Assembly (NCBI GenBank): GCA_002245135.1
Contig: NGBS01000028.1
Coordinates: 1 to 48,125 of the forward strand
Origin: Proteromonas lacertae
Taxonomy: Eukaryota
Reading direction: 5' to 3'
DNA length: 48,125 nucleotides
This document shows positions 12,429-23,914 of the stretch, one piece after another. Position numbers and translations under genes: made by a program. The notes under the pieces are model-generated. The model worked only from the letters and a program-made list of their open reading frames with translations, did not search any database and was not told the origin of the DNA. Every line of letters starts with the position of its first letter. The stretch's first letter is position 1.

Positions 12429-13572
12429 AGATATAATGTTGATGCTATTATGGAAAAAATACAACCATTTTTGATTAATCAATATGATTATGATTCAGTT
12501 AAGCAAATGGTTATGAATAATACAAAACAAGATTTAGAAAATGTATGTAAAAATGTAGGATTGCCATTAGATATTATATCAAAGTATTCCAGCTATGGAG
12601 GAACAATAGATCAATTGGCAGATTACTTACATTATTTCAAATATCAATGTGGTCGTAGTGTTGAACAAGCACGATCAGATGTGTGTAATTTAATTAATGG
12701 TATGGGTAGTGAATATGCTCTATGGCCAAAAGTAAATTATGGTTTATTTGGTATGTCTTTAGATGGATATCCAAAGACAGGTTCAGGTAGAAGAAAACAT
12801 GTTCATTTCAAGCATAAGAAACATCATAGAAGAAATAAACTCAAATTAGAGAGTATCCCACGGAGGCATCTCTTGGCTACTAAGAAATTAGGTGGTAATA
12901 GTGGTATTATACCATTAAGAGTGGGTCAAAGTGTTGGTCCTAATGAGCATGTCATTATTACTAATCCAAGACAACAAATGTATGATGCTGCTAGTGCTGC
13001 TTATAATGGAACATCACAATTACAGCCAAGTCAAATACCAATATATACCAAAAGAAACTGTAGGATATGATTATAATTGGAATTATGATAAATTATTTAG
13101 TCCAGGTTTGAATAGACAAGCTCGAAAAGAAGTTCAATATGCTTTAACTAATAATTATGCTTCAATGTTACCTAACAATTATCATATTAATTTTTATGAT
13201 ATGCTAGATCGTGAACATAAAACAGGACATTTAAGAGGAACATATCCATTAGCAACATTAGATACATCTAATCCAAGAAGCTATCTTTTGAACTGGCCTG
13301 AATATGTTACAGAAGCAGATGTTCAGGCATATGATAATGGAATGAATAGAGTTACAGATCCTTTGTTACAAAAATTTCCTAAATTACAAAATTATAAATC
13401 ATTACAAGAGATAATAGAAAAGAATCCTCAATTAGCAGCCTATAAAAATTATAGACAAGATTGGTTGACCTCAACTTGGGATAAATTAACAGGTAATGAT
13501 AAAGATGCAATAGAATATTATAACAAACTATTACTACAGCAGGAGTATTTGCAAAATTGTAAACGAGTATGA
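11775..13572 (+). CDS. Intronless orphan protein, probably one gene frameshifted near 13040 (ORFs 11775-13070 and 12931-13572); possibly virus-derived
   Basis: Long ORFs with hydrophobic N-terminal helices, T/N/S repeats, polyQ and a basic patch GSGRRKHVHFKHKKHHRR..KKLGG. No family recognised. Confidence 0.55.
12156..12296 (+). repeat. Coding tandem repeat, 39-bp (13-aa) period, ~3.6 units
   Basis: Units at 12156, 12195, 12234 and 12273: TTGASSNNTTNSI / TTAPSYNNTTNST / TTGASSNNTTSIP / ATGAGYNN. Confidence 0.85.
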
Positions 13573-13578
13573 TTTTAA

Positions 13579-14684
13579 AATAACGTCAGGTATGAATATT
13601 CTGCCTATGAATATTTACCTGAGCCAAACACATTTGAAAATGCTATAAAAAATCACAGTCTGAGTAATCAGTTTTTTGGAGAAACAAACATAAGAATAGC
13701 CGTTATGAGAACGACATGGCCTAGATTCAGTGATCATCCTTATCAGTGCATAGCAATAGAGAATATGCGTTTAGGATTTGAAGAATTAAATCATGCCATA
13801 AGACTATGGTCAGGAAATGAAATTGGTTTAAATGTGAGTGGTTGTTATATATCTGAATGTTTAGATGGTATTAGTGACGCAGAATATGCAGATATGTTTG
13901 GCACAACAGAATACTGAGTTGGTATAAATGACCAAATGGAATTAAAAAAAGAGACTTTCCAACCGTTGCAATGTCATTTGCTAATGTAAAAACAGATTGG
14001 GTTGGTTTAGCTGCAAAAGCCAATACTCTTAGAACTTGGTATTTTAATACTCAAACAAGATATTTATATTTAAATGGTGGTTTTAATGCACCAATTATTC
14101 GTCATGCTTTAATTCATGAAACAGATCATAATATGGGATTTAGTCATGCTGGTGGTCGTTCAAGATACAGTTTGATTAATGGTTTTGGTGATGAGAATAA
14201 TTATATGGGAAATGGTGATTGGTATCAATCAATTTCATCTCGAATGTATAAGTATATAGTTTGTAGTGGTAATCCGCAGCCATGGCATTGGTTTAAATTA
14301 GAAGAAGTTGGTACTTATACTGTTCGATTATATGCTTATGATCATCCATATTCTAGACATTTCTTTGGTCCAACCACTCCATGCCATACTAATGATGAAG
14401 TATTTGATGGGATAAAAATGAAGTATACTACAATGTCATTAGAAATTCCTTTTGCAATGGTTAGTCAACTTGATATGAATGGATTTAGATATATGTCAAC
14501 AATGTTAGATTATCGATATAATGAATATGGACAACATACTTGGCCTGCTAGAAGTTTAAGATGGTTATGGAATACTATGGAAGTGTAGCAGATCCGGAGA
14601 GAGATAATTTATTAGATATCGATGTGGATGGAATGTGGGGAAAGAAGAATGGTTGATGGATGGAAGGAAAGCAGTTTCATCATA
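13579..14684 (+). pseudogene. Decayed metzincin zinc protease, M11 (gametolysin)-like, 5' part
   Basis: WVGLA motif, then HETDHNMGFSH (HExxHxxGxxH) and GFGDENNYMG (Met-turn). Stops or frameshifts near 13915-13930 and 14570-14607. Interrupted by the transposon at 14685. Confidence 0.65.
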
Positions 14685-16855
14685 CTGAGTTGCAGAAAGG
14701 ACGTCCTTCTGGAGCCATATCCTCCTTTCTGTCCTTTCTTCTCTCGTCTCGCCTGTACGGAAATCGAACATGTCCTTTTTCAAGAAGGACAGTATAACCT
14801 GTAGGTCCTTTTTTCAAAATTAGTTTTTTATAAATACTACATATATTATTTCTCCTATTGTTAATAAGATATATTAACCTGTTTAAGAACAAATATACCT
14901 ATGTTTATTTCATTTAATCAAAATATTATGTAAATTTTATGTATTAAATCTATCTAAATAACATACTTATAAATGTATTGCTCATTTACATGAATAGTAT
15001 CACTTCATAATAGAAATATGAAACAAATTGACATAATCTGAATATTATGTAAATTAATAAACTACTCATAACTTATTTGAATATATACAGTTAAATAAAC
15101 TAATTAAATTTATCTAAATTTTAATATTCATTAATTCACAGCATTTCAAAGAAACAGTAATTAATTTTTAGATTTATACATATATATTTACAACATTACA
15201 CACATATGAACATAAAAAGAAACAATACTTAATTATAACACGAAATAAACTTTGAAATTAATCCAAGCTTGATTTCTAGAAATCAAGCTTTTTTATTTTA
15301 TCATGTCATACAAAAGACGTAGCAGCTTCATAGAATACAAACAATCCCAACCTCTAGCAGCTTCATAGAACGTAGTTTTTCTATGCAGGGGTTGATTCAT
15401 AGCAAACAGAGAAACAGATTAGGGAATAGCATAATCAATGACTTAATGAGAGCAAAGTTTAAGTTATTGAAATAGAAAAGATTAATGGAGTTTGAAGAGG
15501 ATAATGAAATAGATTGTACTATTGAAGAAGCTGTAAACAACAGTATAGATAAGTCAGATAATGATAATGGAGATGGTGAAAATAATGATGATTGTAATAA
15601 CAATGTTGATATTGAACGATATAGAAGAAGATGATAACTCAGAAAGTGTTGATTTGGATATAGACATAAGCGATAGTGAAAATGAGTAATACAACATATT
15701 AAACAGTCCTTATTATTAATTATATTAATTTATAATTGCTAATACCATACTATTATTAGTTTTTGTCTATTGAATTCAATATAATAATAATTATTTTAAT
15801 GAATATAATACTCAAAACAAGATTGGTTGAAATTGTAAAAATATCTATTCTGATATATTATAATTCATCTATAAACTATTCAATAGTGATATTTAACATA
15901 TTTATAAACAACTTGTTATTTTGATGATTAATTTATATTGATAAATATCTCTAAAAAACAAATATAAATGTAATTATAATAATTAATCTCTTTTTCTGAA
16001 TATTAATAATTTGTCTTCAATAAGTCTCTTACTTTATCAGTTTCTGAAAATAAATAATCATTATAAAACTCTCTTAGAGGTATAATATATCCTAATTTGA
16101 AGCAAAACCTTCTAAATTCTGGTAAGTCTAATATTGTGGTACTGATTGTATTGAAGGTTATGAATTTAAATAGATCTTTGTTGACAGAATCTGAATTGAC
16201 TTTGGCTTGGAGCATATGCAATAATCTGAATATTTTATTTTAATCACGTTTTTCCAAAACATTTTGGAGTGGTTAAAATTTTACTTCTCTAACATACAAC
16301 AATAATAAAAACACAACTCTTTTGATGCGATATGGGGTAATGTGATATCCCTATGGTTTCATATATTAAAAAGTCTTATAAATATTGAGTAATTATACAT
16401 CTAAATGATCTAAATCTTAAAAAATAAAGATTAACTTAGTCAAACCATCAAGCTTGATGTTTTTTTCTTTTATTTTTTTTATTCTATAATTAATTTAATA
16501 TTATGTTAATAATATGTTATTGTTAGTCATCATTGAGAAATAGATCAAAATAATAGTAATATAAAAAGTGCATCGACCGAAGGTCAAATTTGATATTTGA
16601 AAGATGATGTATAAAGCTTTAATTTTGTATTTATGGTTAGATAATATGCTTGTTAACTCATGTTCAATAGGAGGTCAACTAATAGTTAGTATAAGGAAGG
16701 TAAAGGTCAAGCTAAAGATATAGGTTTTGACCTATAGGTAAACCTATATTTTTTGACCGAAAAATACAACACTGATTTTGAGTTACCTAAAAGGACGTCC
16801 TTCTGGAGCCATATCCTCCTTTTGTCCTATCCTATCCTTGTCCTTGGTAACTCAG
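14685..16855 (+). mobile_element. Non-autonomous DNA transposon copy 1 (2171 bp) with short TIRs and a 12-bp TSD
   Basis: Ends are CTGAGTTGC and GTAACTCAG. Flanked by identical AGTTTCATCATA at 14673-14684 and 16856-16867. Internally homologous to 29201-30691. Confidence 0.9.
16003..16221 (-). pseudogene. hAT-like transposase remnant
   Basis: LFKFITFNTISTTILDLPEFRRFCFKLGYIIPLRE resembles the hAT segment that follows the BED finger (FI..lpf..vd.p.Fr.f...l.y.lPsR). No DDE core seen. Confidence 0.5.
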
Positions 16856-17174
16856 AGTTTCATCATATAATGGATTTACTTATTCTAGTTATTTCCATTG
16901 TTTTGGTGAAACAATCAATCATTGATGTGTTAAAATAACAGTGACATATTTCCCCAAAAGTGGTATTAGTAATGTAAACTTATGGCATGATTCAACAGTA
17001 TCAATTGGACCAAATGCACAAACTTTATCATTCAGTTATGTAGGAAATTCAATATATTTTAAGACTGCAAATAATCCATCCAAAGTAGTAATAGGTGGTA
17101 TATATGGAGGAGAAGTAGATGTTACTAGTTATCTTGATGGTGGATTTTTGTTGATGGATTTATTAATTTCATAA
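16856..17174 (+). pseudogene. 3' continuation of the gene interrupted by transposon copy 1
   Basis: Removing the element plus one TSD reads ...DGRKAVSSYNGFTYSSYFHCFG..., in phase with ORF 16941-17174 (one TGA at 16923). Confidence 0.6.
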
Positions 17175-17286
17175 ATTCACTTAAACTATTACATCTAATA
17201 ACAATTTCAAATTAGCAATTATTCACATTACACTTAAACTATTAACATTTAATATATGCACATTTTTGTATGTGAATTCAATTGTG

Positions 17287-17337
17287 TGACAGAAGGAGGG
17301 ACACAACACGGAAAAGGACATCATTTCTGTAACTCAG
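17287..17337 (-). mobile_element. Solo left end of the same transposon family
   Basis: Reverse complement CTGAGTTACAGAAATGATGTCCTTTTCCGTGTTGTGTCCCTCCTTCTGTC matches the ends at 29201 and 30614. Confidence 0.85.
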
Positions 17338-17500
17338 CAATGAATATTATATGAGAATTTAACAAGCGATTGAAAAGAAAAACTAATACTGTAATTATCT
17401 TGTTTGGATGTGATAATTAAGTTTTATATTCAGTGTGTTAATAACAGGAGAGAGAATATAATAATAATAATAATAATAATGAAAGTTAATTGAAGAATGA

Positions 17501-20500
17501 TTATATTCTTACAGCTGAATCTTTCAAAGCATCAACTATATGCTCTGTTGTTTTTCGAACATGTTTTGTTCTTCCTCCTATTCGAACATAAATACAATAA
17601 CCTCCTAAAAATAAAACTCCTCCTCCAATTATACAACCAATTATTATTCCAATTAATGCACCAACTATACTTCCTGAACATTCATCGATTGGAGATTGCC
17701 AGATTGCATTTCCATTTACATAAATACATCTTCTCATTATATAACCAGATCGACCTCCTCCACATTTTATTATAGCATTATCACCCACTAGAGTTTCTGG
17801 AAAACCACCATCAGCTAGACATTTCTTTGCTATAAATTCTATTCTGATTGTGACACTTGCTGATTTGCCTTTCATATCTATTACTGTAATTAAATAATCT
17901 TGTGGTTCAACATCAACTACAGAAACTCCTTGTAAATAACCAGAGGAATAAATTATAAAACCATCTGGTAATGGTGGATTTACTGAAACTGATAAACCAT
18001 CTCCAACTACATCAAATAATTGAATTGACACTAATGTTCCTGTTGCTACTGTTATATTTTTCTTTATTGTTGAATCAGGAATTATTGGTTTATCACTTTT
18101 TATTACTTCAATTGACATTTTCAATTGAATTGACACTTTACCATTTGATACATTGATTGCATAAGTTTTATTTCGATTAGCTGTTTTGGCATAGCCATTA
18201 AATCTTCCATTCTTTGAATCCATTGTTATTCCATTTGGTAATGAGGGAGTGATTGAATAAACTAAATTATTTCCACTTACTACAAAGAATTGAGCATTTA
18301 ATAATTCTTCACCTGCTATTAATGTAACAGATTCATTTTGACTTATTATTACTGGATTATCTGATTCAATTATTGAAACTGGAATTGTTTTGGAAATTGT
18401 ATTATATTCACCTGAACATGAGAATGTATAATTAACAGCTGATTGAATTGGAGCTGTTACTTTTCCACTCATTGCACCTGTTACTATATCATACGTCAAA
18501 TTATAAGGTAAATCTTTATCAATACTGTAACTTAATCTCTCAGCATAACACACTATTGGATATTGATTCTGATAATCCATCATATAAACCAATTCTAATT
18601 TATCTACAGATTCAACCATTACTACAAGGTTAGGTTCATCTATAAAAAATTCAATTGATCTTGTAGTTCGTTGACCAGCTGTATTCTTTATAGTAAATAA
18701 ATAATCTTTATAAATTGGTGTAACTGTCATACCACTAAGAAAACCAGTTGATGAATTTAATGTAAAACCTTCTGGAAGTTCATCTACACTATATGTCACT
18801 GGAAAAGGACTTTCAACCCAAAATAATTGATAATCCTTAATTTCTTCATATATATTAGCTACAAATTGTAACTTATATCTATATACAATGATATTATTGG
18901 ATGGTTTGACAATTATCGTCATTGTTATTTCATCTGAGCCATAGTCATTAGAAACAGTACAGATTACTACGTATGTTGCATTCTTAATTGGAGTTCCAGA
19001 TATTAAGCCGAAATTTGAATAAAATACCAATCCAGGAATAAATTTACCTGCTTCACAAGTAGTGCAGTTAAAATAATATTCTGTAGGATTTCCTGTCACT
19101 TCATATATCGATTCATCTGAATAAGTAACTCCAACTTCAAAAGTAAAAGTCTTTTCTGTATTGATAAATTTGGGCGGTTCATTACAAGTTGTATTTACTT
19201 CTATCCAAAGACCAAAGTTTGAACAGTAGAAATATCTTTCACCAGATATACTTGGAGTTGTACAATTCGCTTTAAAGAATGTATTAGATATTCCTTCTGG
19301 AAGATTTATGATAGGATTAACAGGACATTTTTTATTAACACATAAATTATAACCAATTTCTATTACATCCATTCCTTTATTATTTTCATCATAATATTTT
19401 GATTCTGGTATATCTATCCTAACGCTTTTATATAACGTATGGGGATCTACATTGAAGGTAGCTCTTCCTGGTGTATGTTTCTTCAAAATCATGTAATTAA
19501 CTGGATCTAATGAACCTATTTCTACATTTCCTTCATCTGTCATACCACTTAATCTTACTTTCTTTGGATAACAATATGGTGAATCAGTATAAGATGTGAT
19601 TGTAAACTGATTAAAAGCATAATGATTATTTTCACCAAATGAATAATCTGCATATGAGTAACCATCTACAGTACCATAATCATCTCTCCACATATATCCT
19701 GTTCTTAAGCCAAAAGCAGTATCAGCATAATTCGCAAGATTTTTACCATATTTTCCACTTGATGAATCTGTCACTCTTCCTCCATAATGTGTTACTAAAA
19801 TACAATTTTCATTATTATCTCCTAATGGGAATATAAAGAATTTATCTTCATTTGGGAAATTATCATCATTTGGACTTTTATGAATTTCATATGTTATTAT
19901 TGCTGTTTCATTTAAATCATCAATAGGTAATATGAAATTCTCTTCTTTGGATCTTTCATAAGCAGTATCTCCTGGTGTATTTTCATCGACATCTCCATCT
20001 GGTAAATTATCTCGAAATATTACTCTTCCATTTACTCGAACTATTACACCTGATTTATGTTTAATTCGAATTAAATATCCTGAATAATTTTTATAATTTG
20101 GGAATTCTAATGCATATCTCAAATAGTATGTTGGTTTAGATTGTTCTGGTTTTGGTAATTCTTTTATTGTACTTTTTTCCCAAGAAACTGAACCATTCTT
20201 AAATTCCCAATTTGGAATATATTCTTGACTGTATTTCCATTCAGTATGAGTATCAATCAGATAGTTAACTATTTAATAAAGAAATGAATAATTATATTTA
20301 TATATACAATCTTTAATTACATTTACTTCTCCTTTATCATCACTAAACATTGTATAACTTCCAACAATTGAATTACCTGCTGATAATGTCATATTTGTTT
20401 CAAACCATCCACGTCCACCAAAATCAATCAATCTCAATGTATAAACTCCTTTTTCTATGCATATTTTAACACTATCAATAGGATATGCAATGACATTATT

Positions 20501-23500
20501 ATCTACTTTTTCATACACAACTTCATCTTTAGAGTTTATTAATTTATATCCAGGTTTATCATATTTTCCTTTAACTAGCGTTAATCCAATTAAGAATTTT
20601 CCAGCATTATCACAATCATCTTCTTGTGTATCTGGAAGAACTTCTATTATCATATCAAATGAAACTTGACCTCTATCATTATGAGCTGTGATTTTATAAT
20701 TTGTTATCTTTGTTACTTCATCAGCTCTTCCATATATTCTTCCTGTTATGTTGTTAAATATAATACCTTTTGGTAATGTAGAAGGTGTTATAGTAAAATA
20801 TTCGATAAACGTGTTAATAGATGGAATTAATAATACTTGATTCGATTGATAATATGTTACATTATTTGTTGTATATTTGAATTTTGGTAAAACAGGTTCT
20901 ATTACAAATAATAATTATAATATTTAATATAATTATATATATATATATATATATATATACCTGTATTTAGTCTAACACTTTGAGATTCAGCATCAGGATA
21001 ATTAGCATAAAGTCTATAGATTCTTCTACCATTATTATAAATTGTTAAATAATAATCAAATTTTCCACTTACTACTATTTTATAGGTATCTTCTGGAAGG
21101 CATTTACTGTAACTACGAGGTAAACTAACTGTTTCTCTTTCAATTACATCAAATACCACGCTATTATTAGATGATGTAACTATAAGCGTCAAAAATTGTC
21201 CATTATCAACAAAATCATTACTAAAATGAAATAAATGTCTTTTGCCACTTTCACAAGAATTAGCTGCTTTTATTTTAAATGAGAATTCTTTATTATCACC
21301 ATCAGATGGAAGAACATAAGCATTTACTATTACTCTTGTATTTAATTCTTCTCTAGGACTACCAGAAAGGGTTGAACTTTCCCAATTAAATGTAAATCCA
21401 ACTGGAATATTCTCTATACCAAATGAAATTACATATCCACTTTCTACATGGAATTGAAGATCATAGAATTCACCTACAACTAAAGTAATCTCATCACTAT
21501 ATTTCTTTCCACTTTGAAGATCTAAAACATAAAAACCAGATGGTGATTCAACAGCTATTTAAACAATAGTTATTACATAAATTATACGTTTTATAGAAAT
21601 ATAAATGCTTGTTGAAACAGATTTATCTTTTGAACTTGTTACTGTTACTGTATGTTCTTTCATTTCAATAAATCTTTCTGATGTTGGAGTTCCTGCTATT
21701 ATTACGGGATTGAATGGATTATTTGAACAATGAGCTTCTAAACCATCGGGTAATGGAGGATTAACTTTTACATCTTTACAATCAAAATCTTCAACTGGAA
21801 TTGCTTTATTTTCTACTACTTGACCTTTTAGATAAGTTGCTGTACTTTGACTCATCATAAAATAATCATTTACTGGAATATATCTAAATGGAAGGAAATC
21901 ACTATAATCATCTTCAATTTGACTTGATTTCTTCCAGGAGAACTTGAAACAAGCATGACCTTGATGTGAAACATAATATATTTGAACAAAGAATGAATCA
22001 TCAGTTAAATTATAATCAAAATAACTTGGATCTTCAATATTATTTCTTCCTGGTTTAGATAATATTTCTTTATTATCAATATAAATCCAATAACCACCAG
22101 CAGCACTTACTTTGAATTTGTTTATACCAATATCTTCTTTTTGTGGATGAAGATAACCTTCCCAATAAACACCATAATCATCAAGAAATTCTATACTCAA
22201 TCCTTCAGGATGAGGTTTTTCTTGAGTTTCTTCTATAAACGGCTGATCTTGCTTTTGAATGTAAGATGCTTCTAAACCATCTACATTTGGTCCATATTTA
22301 GTAAATAAACTTGTATCAAAATTATGAGGTTTATAATAATAAGATAGAACTCCTTCTATCGTTTTCTTTGTTACACGAAGTTTTATTGTTATTTCATTTG
22401 TTTCACTATCTCGATTTTTACATTTCACTTTATATTCTGTTTGGTCCATTTCAGATTGCGGATGGCCTTTTATACCATCAACTGTTACTTCTGATCCTTC
22501 AGGTAATTGAGCATTATTACTAATCCAACAACTATCAGCTTTACCTCTTTCAGCATGAATTGGAGTTAAACTGAAAGCATCATATAACCAACTAACTTCT
22601 AAAGAATCAACAGATAAAAATATTACTGGATCAAAAAATGATTTATAATATTTAAATGGAATTGTTTTTCTTGTTGAACTATCTGGTGTTGAATAGTCAA
22701 ATACAAAGTGGAAATCTAATCCTTCACCTCCCATAAATTCGATTAATACTCTTCGCAAACCACTCTCTAGTTTCACTTTGGATGATTGTAATGATTCATT
22801 AAATGATTTACACCCACCCCAATCTGATAACACTTTTACATCATCAATAAACACTCTAGCATTCATTTCATTACCAGTTTGCATATAGAATGTATATTCA
22901 CCAGCTGTTTCAATATCAATAAATCCATCCATTGTACCATTAAATGATGTTATTACACCTGAAACAGATATATCCATCTTACTTTTCCATTGTTCAAACT
23001 CAGTTAATCCAGATAAATTATTCATTGCACCTTCATAGAAATTATAAACAGCTACACCATCATAATAATCACCACATTTGGTTGTTTCCAAATCATTGAG
23101 TCTAACATAAATACCATCATTTAATTCAGGATTTTCAACTTTTACAATTTCAATGTCAAAACTTCCACTGCCTATTTCATTTGTTGCATTTATTGTGATT
23201 TTCAAGTTGGTTTGAGGATCGAAATTATCAAATCTCAAATAAGGACCAACTTGGGTTATATTTTTTATATCTTTTGGTGAAATTGACCAACCACTTTCAG
23301 CAATTTCACTTGTTGAAGTACACACTATAATTGTATTGATGAGAGATACAGTAGTAAGTTTTGTTACACCACAATTTATAATAGGAGCAGACATGCCTAG
23401 GAAAAATAAAGTCTATTATTATTAAATTAACATACAAACAATTTTTATTCTGCAAACAGCAGCATCTTCTTTACCTGCATTATATATTATGGTGTAATAT

Positions 23501-23768
23501 CCCCTTGATTCAGCATTTGGAACTCCAGAAATATATCCAGTGTTCGGTTCAAGAAATAAACCTTCTGGCAGTTTCTTATCAGCAACATATAGACCTACTT
23601 TTGAATCAATTGGTTTATTTACTGGAGCTTGTTCTCCAACTCTCAAATATGGATTACTACCTTCATACTTAAAATTACCAACACACAATGAAGGTGTTAT
23701 ATTAAGTACTATTCATTTATAACAATATTAACCATACAGATTATACATAACACTATAAATTTCATCAT
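17501..23768 (-). CDS. Large (~2020 aa) type I membrane surface protein: signal peptide, putative-Ig (He_PIG-like) repeats, two PA14-like domains, Cys-rich modules, TM helix, short tail; copy A
   Basis: Five small introns join ORFs 23422-23688, 21559-23394, 20902-21192, 20273-20653 and 17501-20122. Repeated LPxGLx(f/l)dxxtGxISGxP motifs. TM segment IVGALIGIIIGCIIGGGVLFLGGYCIYV. Confidence 0.9.
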
Positions 23769-23914
23769 AAAAAATATTTTTGGTTTGTTTTCTGCACCAA
23801 TGATTCTATTTTGAATTTATCCAATAGCTATACGTAAAATCTAAAGATGATAGTTTTAATTGGTCTATCTTCGTAGTATAGGTTTCCTATTTAAAGAAGT
23901 ATATAATAAAAGCA

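Noticed and set aside
15320..15370. CRISPR-like repeat-spacer-repeat
   Set aside because: Only two 16-bp repeats with a 19-bp gap, in a eukaryotic context with no cas genes.
13570..16925. TGA recoded as Trp or Sec in the protease region (several in-frame TGAs)
   Set aside because: TAA/TAG stops, frameshifts and many TGG codons also occur. Ordinary decay is the simpler explanation.
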